DNA of 62,517 bases, filler included, from Piptocephalis cylindrospora (taxonomy: Eukaryota), in NCBI GenBank assembly GCA_003614145.1. It is 9 parts of 9 records of this genome, joined end to end, with 100 filler letters (N's around TTAATTAATTAA, not from the genome) between each part and the next. Parts side by side here need not be neighbours in the genome. Positions count along the whole stretch, not along the records: positions 21,049 to 27,943 come from KZ988247.1; positions 28,044 to 34,890 come from KZ988248.1; positions 34,991 to 41,835 come from KZ988249.1; 6 more parts are not named here. One strand, 5' to 3'. The translations under genes were made by a program, and so were the position numbers. The notes beneath the pieces were generated by a model that saw nothing but the letters and a program-made list of their open reading frames with translations, was not told where the DNA came from and ran no database searches. Shown here piece after piece: positions 23,280 through 35,765 of this stretch; position 1 is the first letter of the stretch, and every line of letters begins with the position of its first letter.

Positions 23280-24974
23280 CTAAGAGCTCATAAGCTTGAG
23301 TCGCTGACGGTCCCCAGCTTCGGAGATGATGTCCAGGGCCTTGTCCAGGTCCTCACGGGTATGGGAGGCCGAGACACAGAAGCGGGCTCTGGCGGTGATG
23401 ATGGGGGTGGCGGGGTAGGAGACGACGACGACGGCAATCCCAAGGGCGAGACACTCGCGGGAGAAGGAAGCCAGCTTACCATACTGGAAGAGGAGGAGAG
23501 GGATGATGGGGCTGTCCTTTTGGCCATAAAGGATAAATCCGAGGTCTGTGAGGCGCTTACGGAAGTATTGAGTGTTTTCGGCCAACCGGTCGAGCCGTTC
23601 CTTGCCCTCGTTACCGCCTTCGAGACCGGCGATGGTGCGGAGGGAGGTGAGGGATTGCTGAAGGACGGGGATGGAGACGGGCTCAGCGTAGATGGAGGAG
23701 TGAGAGTGGATACGGAGATGTTGGATCAGGGCGCGGCTACCGGCAATGTAGCCTCCGGCAGCGCCAAAGCTCTTGGTGAAGGTGCCCATGAGGATGTCGA
23801 TCTTGGAGGGGGGGATACCAAAGTAATCGCACATGCCCCGACCGGAGGGACCCATGGCGCCGACGGAGTGGGCTTCATCGAGGTAGAGGTAGAACTTGTA
23901 CTTGTCCTTGAGATCGACAATGCGAGGGAGGTCACAAAAGTCACCTTCCATGGAGTAGAGTCCCTCGACAACGACCAAGACTTTTTTCCAGGCACGACCC
24001 GTCTTGGGCTGACCCTGGGAGATGGAACGGCGGAGGATAGATTCGAGATGGCCAATGTCATTGTGCTTGAAGACGCGGATGCTGGCTCCGGAGAGACGGG
24101 CGCCGGCAACGAGGGAGGCATGGTTCAGGGAATCGGAGATCAGGAGACAGCCTTTGCCCACGAGGGCAGGGAGGGTGGTGGAGTTGGTGGCGTAGCCCAT
24201 GGAGACGACCATGGCATCCTCGGTCCCAACAAATCCAGCGGTGCAGACCTCGACCTCACGATGCAGGGCGCTGGTTCCACCATCCATGCGGGGGGAGGAG
24301 AAGGCATTGCCGATCTTGGACACGCGATCCTCGACGGCATCAGCGCACGAACCCTTGGCCTGAGCAAAGCCGAGGTAGTTGTAGGAGGAGAGGTTAAGGA
24401 CGGTGGTGGCCTTTCCGTTGTACTGGAAAGTTTTGTTGTAATCGGTGGTGGTCCGGTTCATGACGGCGATACTACGGCCGGGGACACCGGTGACGGGGCG
24501 AGAGAAGCAATCACGGATGCGGTAGTACATGCGACGGGTATACATGGACTCGATGGGATCGACGACGGGGGCAAGGCCGTCCTGCTCCAGGAGAAACGCG
24601 TACTTTTTAGGATTGACCATGGAGCCCACCTTATCGAGGACCTTGCCGATGAGCAGGAGGATTCCGTAGGAGAGATAGGTGGTGAGGTAGGTGAAGAGGG
24701 GGATTTCCTCAAGTTCCTTGGGGGTTTCCTGATACTTTTCTGGGTTGGAGTTGACGGGGTAAGGGAATTTGCTTTCGGTAATGGAGGGGAGGGGTGAGGG
24801 GACGGAGGCACGCCTATGCAGGAGAGGGAAGCCCCCTACATCATTTATTCCAGAGCCCACGGAAACATCCGGGGTTGGGGTGGGAGGTTCCATGGATGAG
24901 ATGCTGGATTGGGATCCCTGGCGCTTCCAAGTCCTCGACACCTGAATGGGATGGGGAGCCTGAGCGGGAGACAT
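23280..24974 (-). CDS. LCB2: Serine palmitoyltransferase catalytic subunit Lcb2
   Basis: LNLSSYNYLGFA, MGYATNS, SDSLNHASL, EGLYSMEG, DEAHS, PLP-lysine motif GTFTKSFG, YPATP..ARFCVSASH. Confidence 0.97.
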   Translation of the reverse strand: MSPAQAPHPIQVSRTWKRQGSQSSISSMEPPTPTPDVSVGSGINDVGGFPLLHRRASVPSPLPSITESKFPYPVNSNPEKYQETPKELEEIPLFTYLTTYLSYGILLLIGKVLDKVGSMVNPKKYAFLLEQDGLAPVVDPIESMYTRRMYYRIRDCFSRPVTGVPGRSIAVMNRTTTDYNKTFQYNGKATTVLNLSSYNYLGFAQAKGSCADAVEDRVSKIGNAFSSPRMDGGTSALHREVEVCTAGFVGTEDAMVVSMGYATNSTTLPALVGKGCLLISDSLNHASLVAGARLSGASIRVFKHNDIGHLESILRRSISQGQPKTGRAWKKVLVVVEGLYSMEGDFCDLPRIVDLKDKYKFYLYLDEAHSVGAMGPSGRGMCDYFGIPPSKIDILMGTFTKSFGAAGGYIAGSRALIQHLRIHSHSSIYAEPVSIPVLQQSLTSLRTIAGLEGGNEGKERLDRLAENTQYFRKRLTDLGFILYGQKDSPIIPLLLFQYGKLASFSRECLALGIAVVVVSYPATPIITARARFCVSASHTREDLDKALDIISEAGDRQRLKLMSS

Positions 24975-25091
24975 GGCTGGTTAATGATGAATGAGGCTAA
25001 TCTGAATTGGATGAATATAGGTCAAGAGGAGGGGAAAGAGGGGGAGGGACGGGGTATGGTCACTGGGGCAAGGCTAAGGAATGAATAGATA

Positions 25092-25202
25092 GATGAGTAG
25101 GTGAGTAGGTGAGTAGGTGAGTAGGTGGGTAGGTGGGTAGGTGGGTAGATGGGTAGATGGGTAGATGGGTAGATGGGTAGATGGGTAGATGGGTAGATGG
25201 GT
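25092..25202. repeat. 8-bp minisatellite with graded variants upstream of LCB2
   Basis: ggtgagta x3, ggtgggta x3, gatgggta x~7. Confidence 0.9.
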
Positions 25203-26827
25203 GGATGAATAGGTGGATGGATGGGCGGGGGATTTGATATGGACCGAGGTGAGGACGTGACCTTTTAAAGATGAAGGCCTTCCCCTCCGCTAGCCCTTAT
25301 GATAGGGCGAATGGAGGGGGGGGGAGCTCTTCACCGTGATACCATTCCTTTGGCCCATTCTCCCAAGAGGAAAAGAAGCCCTATTCATGGTCCTAGTGGG
25401 AAAAAAGGCGCGGATCCCTGCCTTCTGTTAGAGAGATGTCTAACGTGGAGAGATACGTGGAAATCACGACACACGGGTGATACTGGGACGAAAAGCCGGG
25501 CCTGGGTCTGTGAATGGGTGGACGTGAGAGGAAGGTGTGGGAGAAGGAGTTATGCGTGTGAGGAGCGGGACTGGCGGAGTGCAGGATTCACGAGCGGTTG
25601 GGGAGAATAGGCCAGGGGGGACGCACATCCCGCTGCTACACGCGTGCTTGAATGGGGCGGAAGAGGCAGGTGGGGATAAGCATAGGTGTGGGATAAGGGG
25701 GGCTGATTGAGTGGAATAAAAAAAAAGGACCCGTCCGGTCGAGAGGAGCACCAAAATGCGCAGACACATACACAGAAATGCTGACTAGCGCGATTAGGGA
25801 GTGTGAGTGAAAGACATGGTGTGGGAGTATGTGTAAGAAAGAAGCGGAGAGATAATGGTATCTCCGTGTGTAGGGGCGGGGGGAATGGTAGTATACACAC
25901 CCACGCCCTTAATCATCAAGGGACCCTCCATCTCTCCATATTCATCTAGGATATGGACATGGACCGGGGGATGCATCAGCCGACGGATCGATGACAGCAG
26001 GTAGAGTGGGCATAAGGAGAGGAATTTGAAAAGGAGATGGGATAGAGACATCCAGTCGCGCATAAAGCATGGGATCTCGCCAGGGGAGCCAACACGGACT
26101 CGAGTCCCGATCATGGGATTAGGTCATGATGGGAATGGGTGATTGAGGACTAGTGCTGGATGAGGATGACCCCCACGTCTCGAGACGCGTATGGCTATAG
26201 GATAGGCGGGGAAGGGGCTCTAGAAGGATTGGGGAAGGGGCGCTAGAAGGATTGGGAACTCTGAGAGAGAGATGACAAATGGATTCATCTGTCCTTGCGA
26301 GAGCCGCCTCCTTGCCTTTATCAGAGGAGATAGCCATAACATTCAACTCAGCCCTGATATAGAAGATGATCATGTGCATTCATGGGCCTCCCCTGACCCC
26401 TTCTGTTCCTAGAGGACGAGCGGGTCCAGAGGAGAGCGGGGTACTTGATTGATGGAAACAAAGTCCGCACCGGATCATCTCAACTCCGGTGGGATGAATG
26501 AAGCATCGGCCTTGTGTACAGCGCTCCACCACCTAGTAAAGGTCTATTACTACGGGAGAAGAGGGGGATGTCCAGTCAAAGGCCTTTTGCAAATGGACCA
26601 ATGATGGAGATCGGCCATGTCTCTTAAAGAATCGGGGCCTAACGATGCAGATGCTCCAGGGGTTCACCCTGAAACGCCACGGGATGCCAGTGAGGCTTCT
26701 CGTCTAGGAGAATGGACACAAGAGGTACGAAATACTATAGTTAAAAACTGGAAAACACGGATAAATCCCCAGCTCCCGCCCGCTAGCATCGCGGATACGG
26801 CCTGTCACGGATACATCCCGGGACCCA

Positions 26828-27943
26828 TCAGTACTTTCGACCAGGACAGTTCTCCTCATCAGGCCAAGCCCCAAGATCCCTCCAGTAATTGAGACACTGA
26901 AGAAGGGTCTCTTGGGTCAGGGTGGGGTACTGGTAGGTGAATCCAGTCTCCTCACAAAAGGCGGATCCATCCAGGGAGATCCCCCATGGCGTGGAGGACA
27001 TTTCAAAGTCGATCGAGTAATTTAGAGGAGTGGAAACGATCCCATGCTCATTTAGCAGCCCGATCCAGACCTTGGACCCCTGGGTGATCATGAGTTCACA
27101 AAGCCACCTTATTTTCTGAGGAGGCTGTGAGATGAGGCAGGTTGACGAGAGATGATCAGTCAGATGACTTACCAGAGCAAAGCGGGCTAGAGCGCGAAAG
27201 ACACGAGGAGGGCTGGGAAACTCAACCTGCTGTAGGTCGCAGACAATTTTATGGTACTCCGCAAGGCCTAGAAAAGTATGGGAGGAGAGGTGGTGGTTAG
27301 ACCTTTATCAGGCCTCCATCTGAAAAGGGGCTACTTCTCTGCATCCTACCATAATCACTCTTGTCAGCCACATTAAATACACGTGTCCCTTGGCGTCGGC
27401 CTTGCAGGTACCAGGATGCCGCGTGCAAGATGGCACGGGCGGCATCCTCCGCGTGAACGACGTTGAGCTTTCCATTCTCCAAAAAGATGTTATAAAAGGC
27501 GCGATTTGGATCCTCACATGCGACTCGAACATTGGCTAGGGCATAGTCTATAAGGTGATCGTTAGAGGGGAGAGATGCGACTGCCCAGTACTCGGGTCCA
27601 AGGTAGCACCCATTCATCACCTACCAATGCTACCCATGACGCCTCTCCCATAAATGGAGCCCAGTCTTAGAACGACCAGCGGGAGGCTAGGAGAACGGGT
27701 CGATGATGGTGAGCTAGCTACCAGATAACCCCATTTCACACATCTTATCACTCACCCAGGGGCTATGACCAGAGAAACTACTTACCCTTCCACTTCCCGA
27801 ACGGCTTTTTCAGCAGCAACCATGCCCTGGGATCTCTTTGACTTGGGCCAGGGTTGCAATTCAAAGTCTTCCTTCACTTTCCCCATCTATCCTTGGCCCA
27901 TTCAGGATCATGTAGAGTACTCGATTCGTCGGGCAAGCCAGAT
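26828..27943 (-). CDS. NAD-dependent epimerase/dehydratase (extended SDR), 3' part, multi-exon
   Basis: HGMVAAEKAVR, LVVLRLGSIYG, LNVVHAEDAARA, VFNVADKSD, LDGSAFCEETGFTYQYP. Confidence 0.7.
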
Positions 27944-28043
27944 NNNNNNNNNNNNNNNNNNNNNNNNNNNNNNNNNNNNNNNNNNNNTTAATTAATTAAN
28001 NNNNNNNNNNNNNNNNNNNNNNNNNNNNNNNNNNNNNNNNNNN
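27944..28043. other. Artificial contig linker
   Basis: N44-TTAATTAATTAA-N44. Confidence 0.99.
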
Positions 28044-28422
28044 CCTCCTCTTCCCGCTTGACTAGGCGCTCCTCCTCCTCCTCTTCCCGCTTGACTAGAC
28101 GCTCCTCCTCCTCCTCCTCCCGCTTGACCAAATGTTCATCTCCCTCTTCATCATCATCCTCATTCCATTGATTGTCATTATTGTGACCTTGGGCGTTTTC
28201 ATTGGCCTCGGCAAGGCGCTCAGCGGCCTCAATATTGGCATCAGCAATAGTCTCTTCATCGTCGCCAGCCTCGGCAATCTTGTGGTGAGCATCCTCAAGA
28301 ATGTCGGCCTGGTGGTTGGTCAGGTCCTCAATATCCCGGCGGACCAGGGAGTAGTCCATGGGGATTGCGGTCGCAGCGACGACCAGGATAGCAAGGATGC
28401 TAAGAAGATGAAAAGTATGCAT
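28044..28422 (-). CDS. Secreted acidic Kex2-processed repeat protein (KEP-like), 3'-truncated
   Basis: Signal peptide MHTFHLLSILAILVVAATA, LVRR, then 33-bp repeats encoding EEEEEERLVKR up to the contig end; TATATAAA at 28566..28573 (minus). Confidence 0.8.
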
Positions 28423-29682
28423 GATGTTATAGATGATACGGTGAATGATGCTTGAGGGAAATAGGTGTGGGTGGTGTTGGTGAAAGGATGATTAAAGACA
28501 GGATGAAGGAGGTGGATGAGGGAGGATTAGATTGCGAGGACATGAAACGGGTGTAGTATATCCTGTTTATATAGCCGAGGTAGATATATCTATTCTCCTC
28601 ACCATCAATATGTTCTCATAGTCAAGAGTTTACTCTCATGGGTATGTATCCCCTCTTTCAATCTACCTGGACTCCTATGGACTTTCCGGGGGATGGTGTA
28701 AGGGAAGATCGCAGTCACCCAGGACGGATTGGGATCTGTCCTGAGCTCAAGTGGGCTTCCTACCTAGGGAAGGTGACAAGCACAGGGGTTGTGGAGCCTT
28801 CAAATATCTCCCACTCTGTATGTACCACGCACACGGCCTGAGCAAACCATGGACCACGTAGCCCATACACCCCTACACTTGATTCCTTTGGTCGTGTCAA
28901 CCCCTACGTGTGAATGATGGCCTAGGGAAGACAGGTCCACCTCCCCCTCGTGTCATGGAGAGGTGAATCAAGGTGACTTCCAGACATGATATGCCATGAC
29001 GAAGAAACCACACAAGACACTATGCTTGAAAAGAAAAACATGATCCATCGTGATAGTGATGGACCCTCCTTTGGTATCAGAATGTACTAGAGAGAGATAA
29101 TATACTCTGTAGTGTAGGATACGCAATACAAAAGAGAAGCTCCATTCTCCTTTGGCATTGTATCATGACCCTTTTTTGTGACCCTCCCTCACTCATGGAT
29201 ACAGAAAGTCTGGTCAATGGAATGGAGACTCTCTCATGCATACGTCCTCACCCTCAGAGGAGATATACCCTGAGGTACGATCCATTACTGAGCAAGGGCA
29301 CACATATACTCCGACCCATGCAATTCACCTTCATGGGATATAGAAAGTAATAGGGCCAATGACCAGGGCCGACGAATCCTTTTGGTACCGTGTATGCACG
29401 CATGGACGAACCCCACGACTTCTAGAACAGCTACTTCCACCCTTTCTTCCCGGAAGGGCCCTGACTTCACGCACGCCATTCTACATACACCCCATTCCAC
29501 TACATAATATTCCTTGTCAAGGCTCTCTACCGAACTAGTTCTTATCTTTTCCCGTCCATTATTACCACATGGACGTTTAGAGGTACGAAAAGAACGCATA
29601 AACATCTTCTTGATCCACTCCTTTTCTCATACGACAGGATATGGATGATCAAAAAGCACAACCAAATCATCCTATCCAATGC

Positions 29683-31706
29683 CTATGTAGAGAACCCCGC
29701 ATACTGCCGAACCACATCCCTCACTTTTGGATCCATCTTCATTTGAGGAAGATAATCCCAAAAGGTAACGACAATCTGATAGATGGTTCTTCGAAGGACT
29801 ATGAGGAGGGGAGTGAGTGGACATGACCATCGCCCCTTCATACACAAACAAAGAGACGCGACCTACCGTCAATTAGGCAAAGACACTGGGGGTGGATTTG
29901 CGGACCAGAAACCCCATCCAGTCCCTGGATCTTCTGAGCATAGGCCTCCACATCGGCCAGGCAATCAAGGAGCGAGGAAAGGACCTGAGGAATGTCCTGT
30001 TGCACCACCCCGTACCGATCCTCGGAGAAGCTTGCACTGACGAGAGTGCCGAGAGCCTGCGCAGCCCAGATAGTCCTCTCCACATCGACAAAAGGGGCCC
30101 TTTCTTGATCCTTCCGCATGACCCGATCTATCGCCGAGGCCATCCCCTTGACCCAGGGCTCCGTCCATTCCAAGGCCTTGGCCTTTGCCCAGGCGTATAG
30201 TGTGGGGATTGGGCGAGTGACCCAGGGGAGGAGTCCCCGCTTCTCCAATTGGGACTTGGATGTGTCCCTGAGGTAGGTCCTGCCTCCATCCACGGCCTCC
30301 TGTATATCCCTTTGCACAACAGAACTCACCGGAATCCGTCTCGATCTCATGACATCCTTGCCCTCTGGGAGGAATTCCCGGGCTTTCCAGTCTGTGGGGA
30401 TCCCCGTGTCCGTAGGAGGCTTGGGGGGGCCAGCGGGCGGGGCAGGAGGATTTATGCGGTCCCGTTGATCCTGTAGGGCGGCTAGACACGGGGTCAAGAT
30501 GAAGCCCCAGGCTGTACGGCCCCCGGGTCTTCCAGCGTCCTCATACAAGGCTCTCCTCCAGTTCGGATCTGATCTGGAGCGCTGATCCAGTTCGAGGAAG
30601 GCACACCTCTGAATCAACGGGATATTCTTGATAGACATGGCATATGCCAGGCCGGAGAAGGGATCAAAGAGGCAGGAGGAGACTCTCCAGGCCTTGGTGA
30701 TGGTCACTTCAAAGGCCGTATGAGTCACCTCCCATGCCGATACGGTCAGGGCCATGGCCAGGTAAGTGCGTAAGAGGACAGAGGGGGGGAAGAGGTAGTG
30801 TACGCTCCAGGGATGATAGAGGGTGGTATCGGCCAGGATACCAAAGAGACTAGCATAGATCCGGTGAGACCATTGGGGCACGATGGTATACATGAGGTTG
30901 AAGAGGATGAAGCATGGAATGGGCTGGACAAAGCCCTGAACGAGAATGGTAGGTAGACGTGCCTTGAGTAAGGGTACTGTTGATCTCTGGACCACAGGGA
31001 ACTGCAAGTGATCTCTCTGTCGAAACACCCGATCCAGAGCGGACCACATTCCTAGACACACGGCAAACGCCGTATTGTAGACAAAGGGGGCATTGAGGTG
31101 GGTTTTGCCCCGGGGCCCGGCCACAAGATCCATATATCCCGTGCCATTGAGAGAGTGGTAGATGTAGAAGAAAACAAATGCAGATAGGATGTGGGTCCCA
31201 GCGTAGCATAACATCTTTAGAGAAAAAAGGGCATGAGCATAATCCCAGGCTGAGGTGTAGCATGGCCTTTGGACTAGATGGGGTGGGACGAGGAGGGGGA
31301 AAGGGGGAGTGAGGAGAGGTAACGGAAAGGCAGAGAAAGGAAACACACCTTGAACAAAAGCCTTTCGTGCAACAATAATACCGGCTAAGGTGACCAGAGG
31401 TGGGATAGCCCGGAGGATAAAGCCAATAGACAGGATTCTGTGGAGGGCGGCTAGAATGGGCAGGATAAGTACATGTTCTGGATCTCTTTCGGCAACTCAA
31501 GAAGAGAATCCTCCCCCTCCCATGTCAAGAAGGGGCAACGCACCAAGAAGGCTTTCTTTAGAAAAGGAAAACTGCCAAAGAAAGATAAGAGCTAAGGATT
31601 CGAGGGCTGACACGGTGAGGATTTGCATTGAGCGTTGCCTCAGCTCGATATGCGCCTGGTTGACATACTGTCGATTCGTCAACGCCGGATCTTCTTCTGG
31701 GGACAT
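29683..31706 (-). CDS. NDC1: Transmembrane nucleoporin Ndc1, multi-exon
   Basis: N-terminal TM cluster, AFLEL...R.ALY, LVSASFSEDRYGVVQQDIPQVL, final exon LRRTIYQIVVTFWDYL. Confidence 0.85.
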
Positions 31707-32233
31707 GCTAAAGGTGGAGAGGAAGAGGGGAAGAAGGATATCAACGATCCCGGTCCCTTTCTACTGCACGCTTCAAGAAAGAGATGGATGATCTGTTGAC
31801 GTTTCCCTCCCTAGAGGTACATTCAAATTTGTGCTGAAAATGAAATATCTCCGACAAAGATTTACTAGGGAAATTCATACTGCGTCCCCTTTACGCTGTC
31901 CCGATGCAAGCAGTATGGATGGGAAAGGGGGTTACTGTCATTCGGTGCCCCCACTGTACAGCCGTCCCCCGTGACACAGACACAGACACAGACACAGATC
32001 CAAATACCTTCATCACTCTTCCCTTAGGGACAGGAAAAAACGATGACTGTATGCCCCGCCACCACCCGCCTGGTCCGCCATCGGTCCTATTTGGGTAGGG
32101 TCAGTCTGGCATTCAGATCAAATGCTTCATGCTTACATCTAAAAAGTGACCTGCAAGGCGGGCTAGGCCTTATAATAAGAGGCAGCTCTGGTCTTTTCCT
32201 CTTCTCTTCCCTCCCTCCTCTCCCCTCATCACC

Positions 32234-32662
32234 ATGCCAACTGTCACATCATACTTTGTCACTGCTTTAAGTCTCCTCAGCATTGTTCCCTCCATCCTCT
32301 ATGGGCTAATTGCCCCTTTCCAGATTGAGTACACCCACCCTTTCTCCCTAGGTACCATACACTATGGCCTGTACCAGGCTTGTACCTCCACCACCTGCCG
32401 ACCCTTCCCAGACTGGACGAGGGATTGTAACGAGACTGCGTTTTGTCATGGATGGCTTCTGGCCCGATATCTTCTCCTGAGCGCAGCCATCCTCTCCCTC
32501 CTTCTGACCATGGAAGCCTTGGGTGCTCTCTGTGGCGGATCTGGTCGTAGGCATCGAGCCTGGAAAGTACTTTCTCCCCTACTTCTTTTACTTGGTAGGT
32601 TGGGAGGAATAGACCGGGAGAGGAACAATAAACATTCTCACTCTTTCTCCTCTCTCTCTCTT

Positions 32663-32693
<31 letters not shown>

Positions 32694-32898
32694 CTTCTTC
32701 ATAGGGCTCGTCTTGGCCGGGATAGAGTTTATCATCGTGCATTGGAAGAATCAAGCAGACATTTTTCGACTAGGGACCACTTCGTATGGCTACAGTATGG
32801 TTCTGGTGTATGCCTCTTCCCTCATCTCTATTGCATCCTCCCTGGGCCTACTGGTCCGTGGGTGCTCCAGTCCTGGAGTGTATCAGCGACTAGATTGA
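32234..32898 (+). CDS. Small tetraspan claudin/SUR7-PalI-like membrane protein, one intron
   Basis: Four hydrophobic segments; loop YGLYQAC....CRPFP....C.....C..W; last segment YGYSMVL. Confidence 0.65.
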
Positions 32899-33176
32899 TT
32901 GTGTTGACTTACTTTCCACGGGGAGTCATGAGAACAGGATGACTCAGAGCCCCCCATCCATTCCAGCCTGCCCTCAAGCGTCATAACCTGTCGATTAGCC
33001 TTATTTTCCCCCCTCCTCTACCTCGGCATATCTTTCTTTCTTCGTTTCCACTTTCAATTACTGATAAATACGTATCCGTGCATACCTTATCCGTTAAGGT
33101 GCTGTGAAGAGCATAGTAGGTATACAATGATATTTCTCTCACATTAGTCTCATCGGTCATGATTCATCCTACTCAG

Positions 33177-33914
33177 TTACCATGGAAGCTCGGATCCATT
33201 ATATACGAGAAAATTTCCACTCAGATCCTCGGCGATACAAGAGGAAATAACTTTGAGGATTCCATAAACACTTTCCTCGGACTGGAGGGGGTGAGTACTG
33301 ATGCGAGAGTCCATATCAGTAGCCACCTATCCAGGATGGATGCCCGCGACGGTAATGTCTCTATCTTTGAGATCTATGGCTAGTTCGGCAAACATCTTGT
33401 TCACTGCAACCTTGGATATGCCATAGACCTCTGCAACGCCTGAGGACTATGAGATGTAACCCAAGACTGAAGCTACCATCAGGATCAGTTGTTTGTCAGC
33501 CGAAGGCGTCTTCAGGAGAGGTAGAAAGTACTGAGTGATAATGACGGGACTCACAACGTTGGTGTTGATATTATGAAGAATAGTCTGACGACCATGATCC
33601 AGTAGCTTGCTGTACCCTTTGACATCGGCAATCCCGGTGTTATGGATGAGGACATCGATGCCCCGGGGATGAGGCTCAGCCACGACCTTGATCGTATCAG
33701 TGATGCTGACATCGTCCGTCACATCTAGCTGAACGATTCTTAATCGGCCCTGCGCCAATCCAGATTCCTGGAGCCTGCATAAATTCGTAGCCTTGACCAG
33801 GTTCCTACAAGCCGCAATGACCATGGCGCCTCCGTCCAACAGCCGATGCATCATTTCCAAACCAGTGCCCCTCAAGGTACCAGTGATCAGATAGGTTGTG
33901 CTTAGGGAAGGCAT
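33177..33914 (-). pseudogene. Classical SDR (C-factor/sniffer-like) with two in-frame TAG stops
   Basis: YLITGTLRGTG, QLDVTD, IDVLIHNTGI, stop 33447-49, YGISK, IHPG*VATDM (stop 33327-29 at the usual Trp), ending YNGSELPW* in one frame. Confidence 0.85.
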
Positions 33915-34890
33915 AGTAGGGTATTGCTTAATGAATCGAGAGCTAGTTATTAAATAGTGAGGAAGGAAGAAAAATTCGATGAGTAATTCCCATGTGTTCA
34001 GAGTTCTTTTAAAATTGTACACGACGCGTCTTAAACCAAAGCTCCATATTTTGTCCCACCAGGATATACGTTCCCATAGGTATTATTAATTTCCCTGGGG
34101 TGTCGTATTAGGAGCACAAGGGATTAAATCCTGAGTCGGCTGGTTTGAGGAAGACAGGTGTTTCCAAGGGGCGGGCCAAATCAGATTGGGCGCTACTACC
34201 TCCTTTGCAACGTACATTAGGTCGTTCAAGGCTAGTTGAGTAAATTATCTTGGGATCTCGCTGCATACTTACAGCACACCCGGCATGACACCTCATCATA
34301 CAGCGCAACTTAAAAGTGTCCTGAGCGTGTGCATTATACATCCTAAGGCCTTAGCTCTGGTTCCAACCATGTTTTTCAACTTCCTTAATGAGAGGCACTG
34401 GTCTTTTATCATCCGTATCTTTGTGCTGTGCTACTGCCAATGAAGGAAGAACACATGAAGATGAACACAATATAGCATTGGATATGCATCAAGAAGGCTA
34501 AACAACATCCTATACGAAAGACACAGCGAGATAAACCATCTCGCCATATTCAGACCCATGCATCGGGGTGTGAGCTTGGGTCGAGGCTGAGCCCCCCACG
34601 GCTATGGATATCGCCCTCTTCCTCCTCTGTTTCCACCGCACTAGCCGTTATTCTCGCACTGCCCATCGCTCCCCATCAGCCTCGCCTTTCAACTCACTCT
34701 GTACTTTTCAACATCTTGGCCGTTATGGGCGATTCACCAACGCATCTGGACTCTGGACCTTCGGGACCGTCTCCTGCCTCGGGTGGAGGGATCCTAAAGG
34801 GCGTCAACAAGTCAACAAAGACCAGGAAGCCAGGTACATGCAGGAGCCCATCTCTAGCTGTTCATACTTACCCACTTACTTACTCCCTTC

Positions 34891-34990
34891 NNNNNNNNNN
34901 NNNNNNNNNNNNNNNNNNNNNNNNNNNNNNNNNNTTAATTAATTAANNNNNNNNNNNNNNNNNNNNNNNNNNNNNNNNNNNNNNNNNNNN
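34891..34990. other. Artificial contig linker
   Basis: N44-TTAATTAATTAA-N44. Confidence 0.99.
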
Positions 34991-35055
34991 TCTTTCGATC
35001 CTACTCAGAGAGGGAAAGTGGTGTGGATATTCCAATGACGAGGTGGACTGCGGAA

Positions 35056-35068
35056 AAGGTATAAAAGC
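35056..35068 (+). promoter_or_regulatory. TATA element upstream of GNA1
   Basis: AAGGTATAAAAGC; identical 13-mer upstream of eEF1B-gamma (37530..37542, minus). Confidence 0.55.
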
Positions 35069-35201
35069 TCACTGCCTTTCTTGGACAGGTGCAGAATGTT
35101 CTGAGCGGACTCAACATCCTTTCCTCTTCTCACTGCTCCCCCCCCTTCCTCTCCCATTGTGCCTGCTTAGCTTTACTTTTTCTCCTTTCTTGTGTCACAC
35201 C

Positions 35202-35765
35202 ATGTTCAACCCAAACCTCATCGCCTCTGCGTCAAAGAATGCTCTCCCTGAAGGCTACGTCCTAAGGCCCCTTATGCCAACCGATTATGCAAAGGGATTC
35301 TTGGAGTGTCTGGCCGAGTTGGCCGAGGTGGGCCCGGTCAAGGAGGAGACCTTCTTGGAACAGTACCGGGAAATGAAAGAGTCGGGCACTTACTATGTCC
35401 ATGTCATCGAGGATACCCATCGCGGTCGTGTCGTTGCCTCCGCCACCCTCCTCATTGAACGCAAGTTCCTTCGCGGCTGCAGCAAGGCTGGCCACATTGA
35501 GGACGTCGTTGTCTCCGCCTCCGAACGGGGCAAGCGTCTGGGTGTCCTTCTCATCACCCAACTTCGTCACGCTGCCCAGGTCCTCGGATGCTACAAGCTC
35601 CTCCTCAATTGCTCCGACAAGAACATCGGCTTTTACGAAAAATGCGGCTTGACGCAACAAGATGTCCAGATGAAACTGTACTTGTCCCCTCCCGCTTCCC
35701 CTGAGCAGGAACCTGTAGTGGCAGGACTAGCCAGCACCACTCAGCCTCTTACTCAAACTTCCTAG
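35202..35765 (+). CDS. GNA1: Glucosamine-6-phosphate N-acetyltransferase
   Basis: LPEGYVLRPL..DYAKGFL, ATLLIERKF, GHIEDVVV, RGKRLG, GCYKLLLNCSDKNIGFYEKCG. Confidence 0.95.
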   Translation: MFNPNLIASASKNALPEGYVLRPLMPTDYAKGFLECLAELAEVGPVKEETFLEQYREMKESGTYYVHVIEDTHRGRVVASATLLIERKFLRGCSKAGHIEDVVVSASERGKRLGVLLITQLRHAAQVLGCYKLLLNCSDKNIGFYEKCGLTQQDVQMKLYLSPPASPEQEPVVAGLASTTQPLTQTS

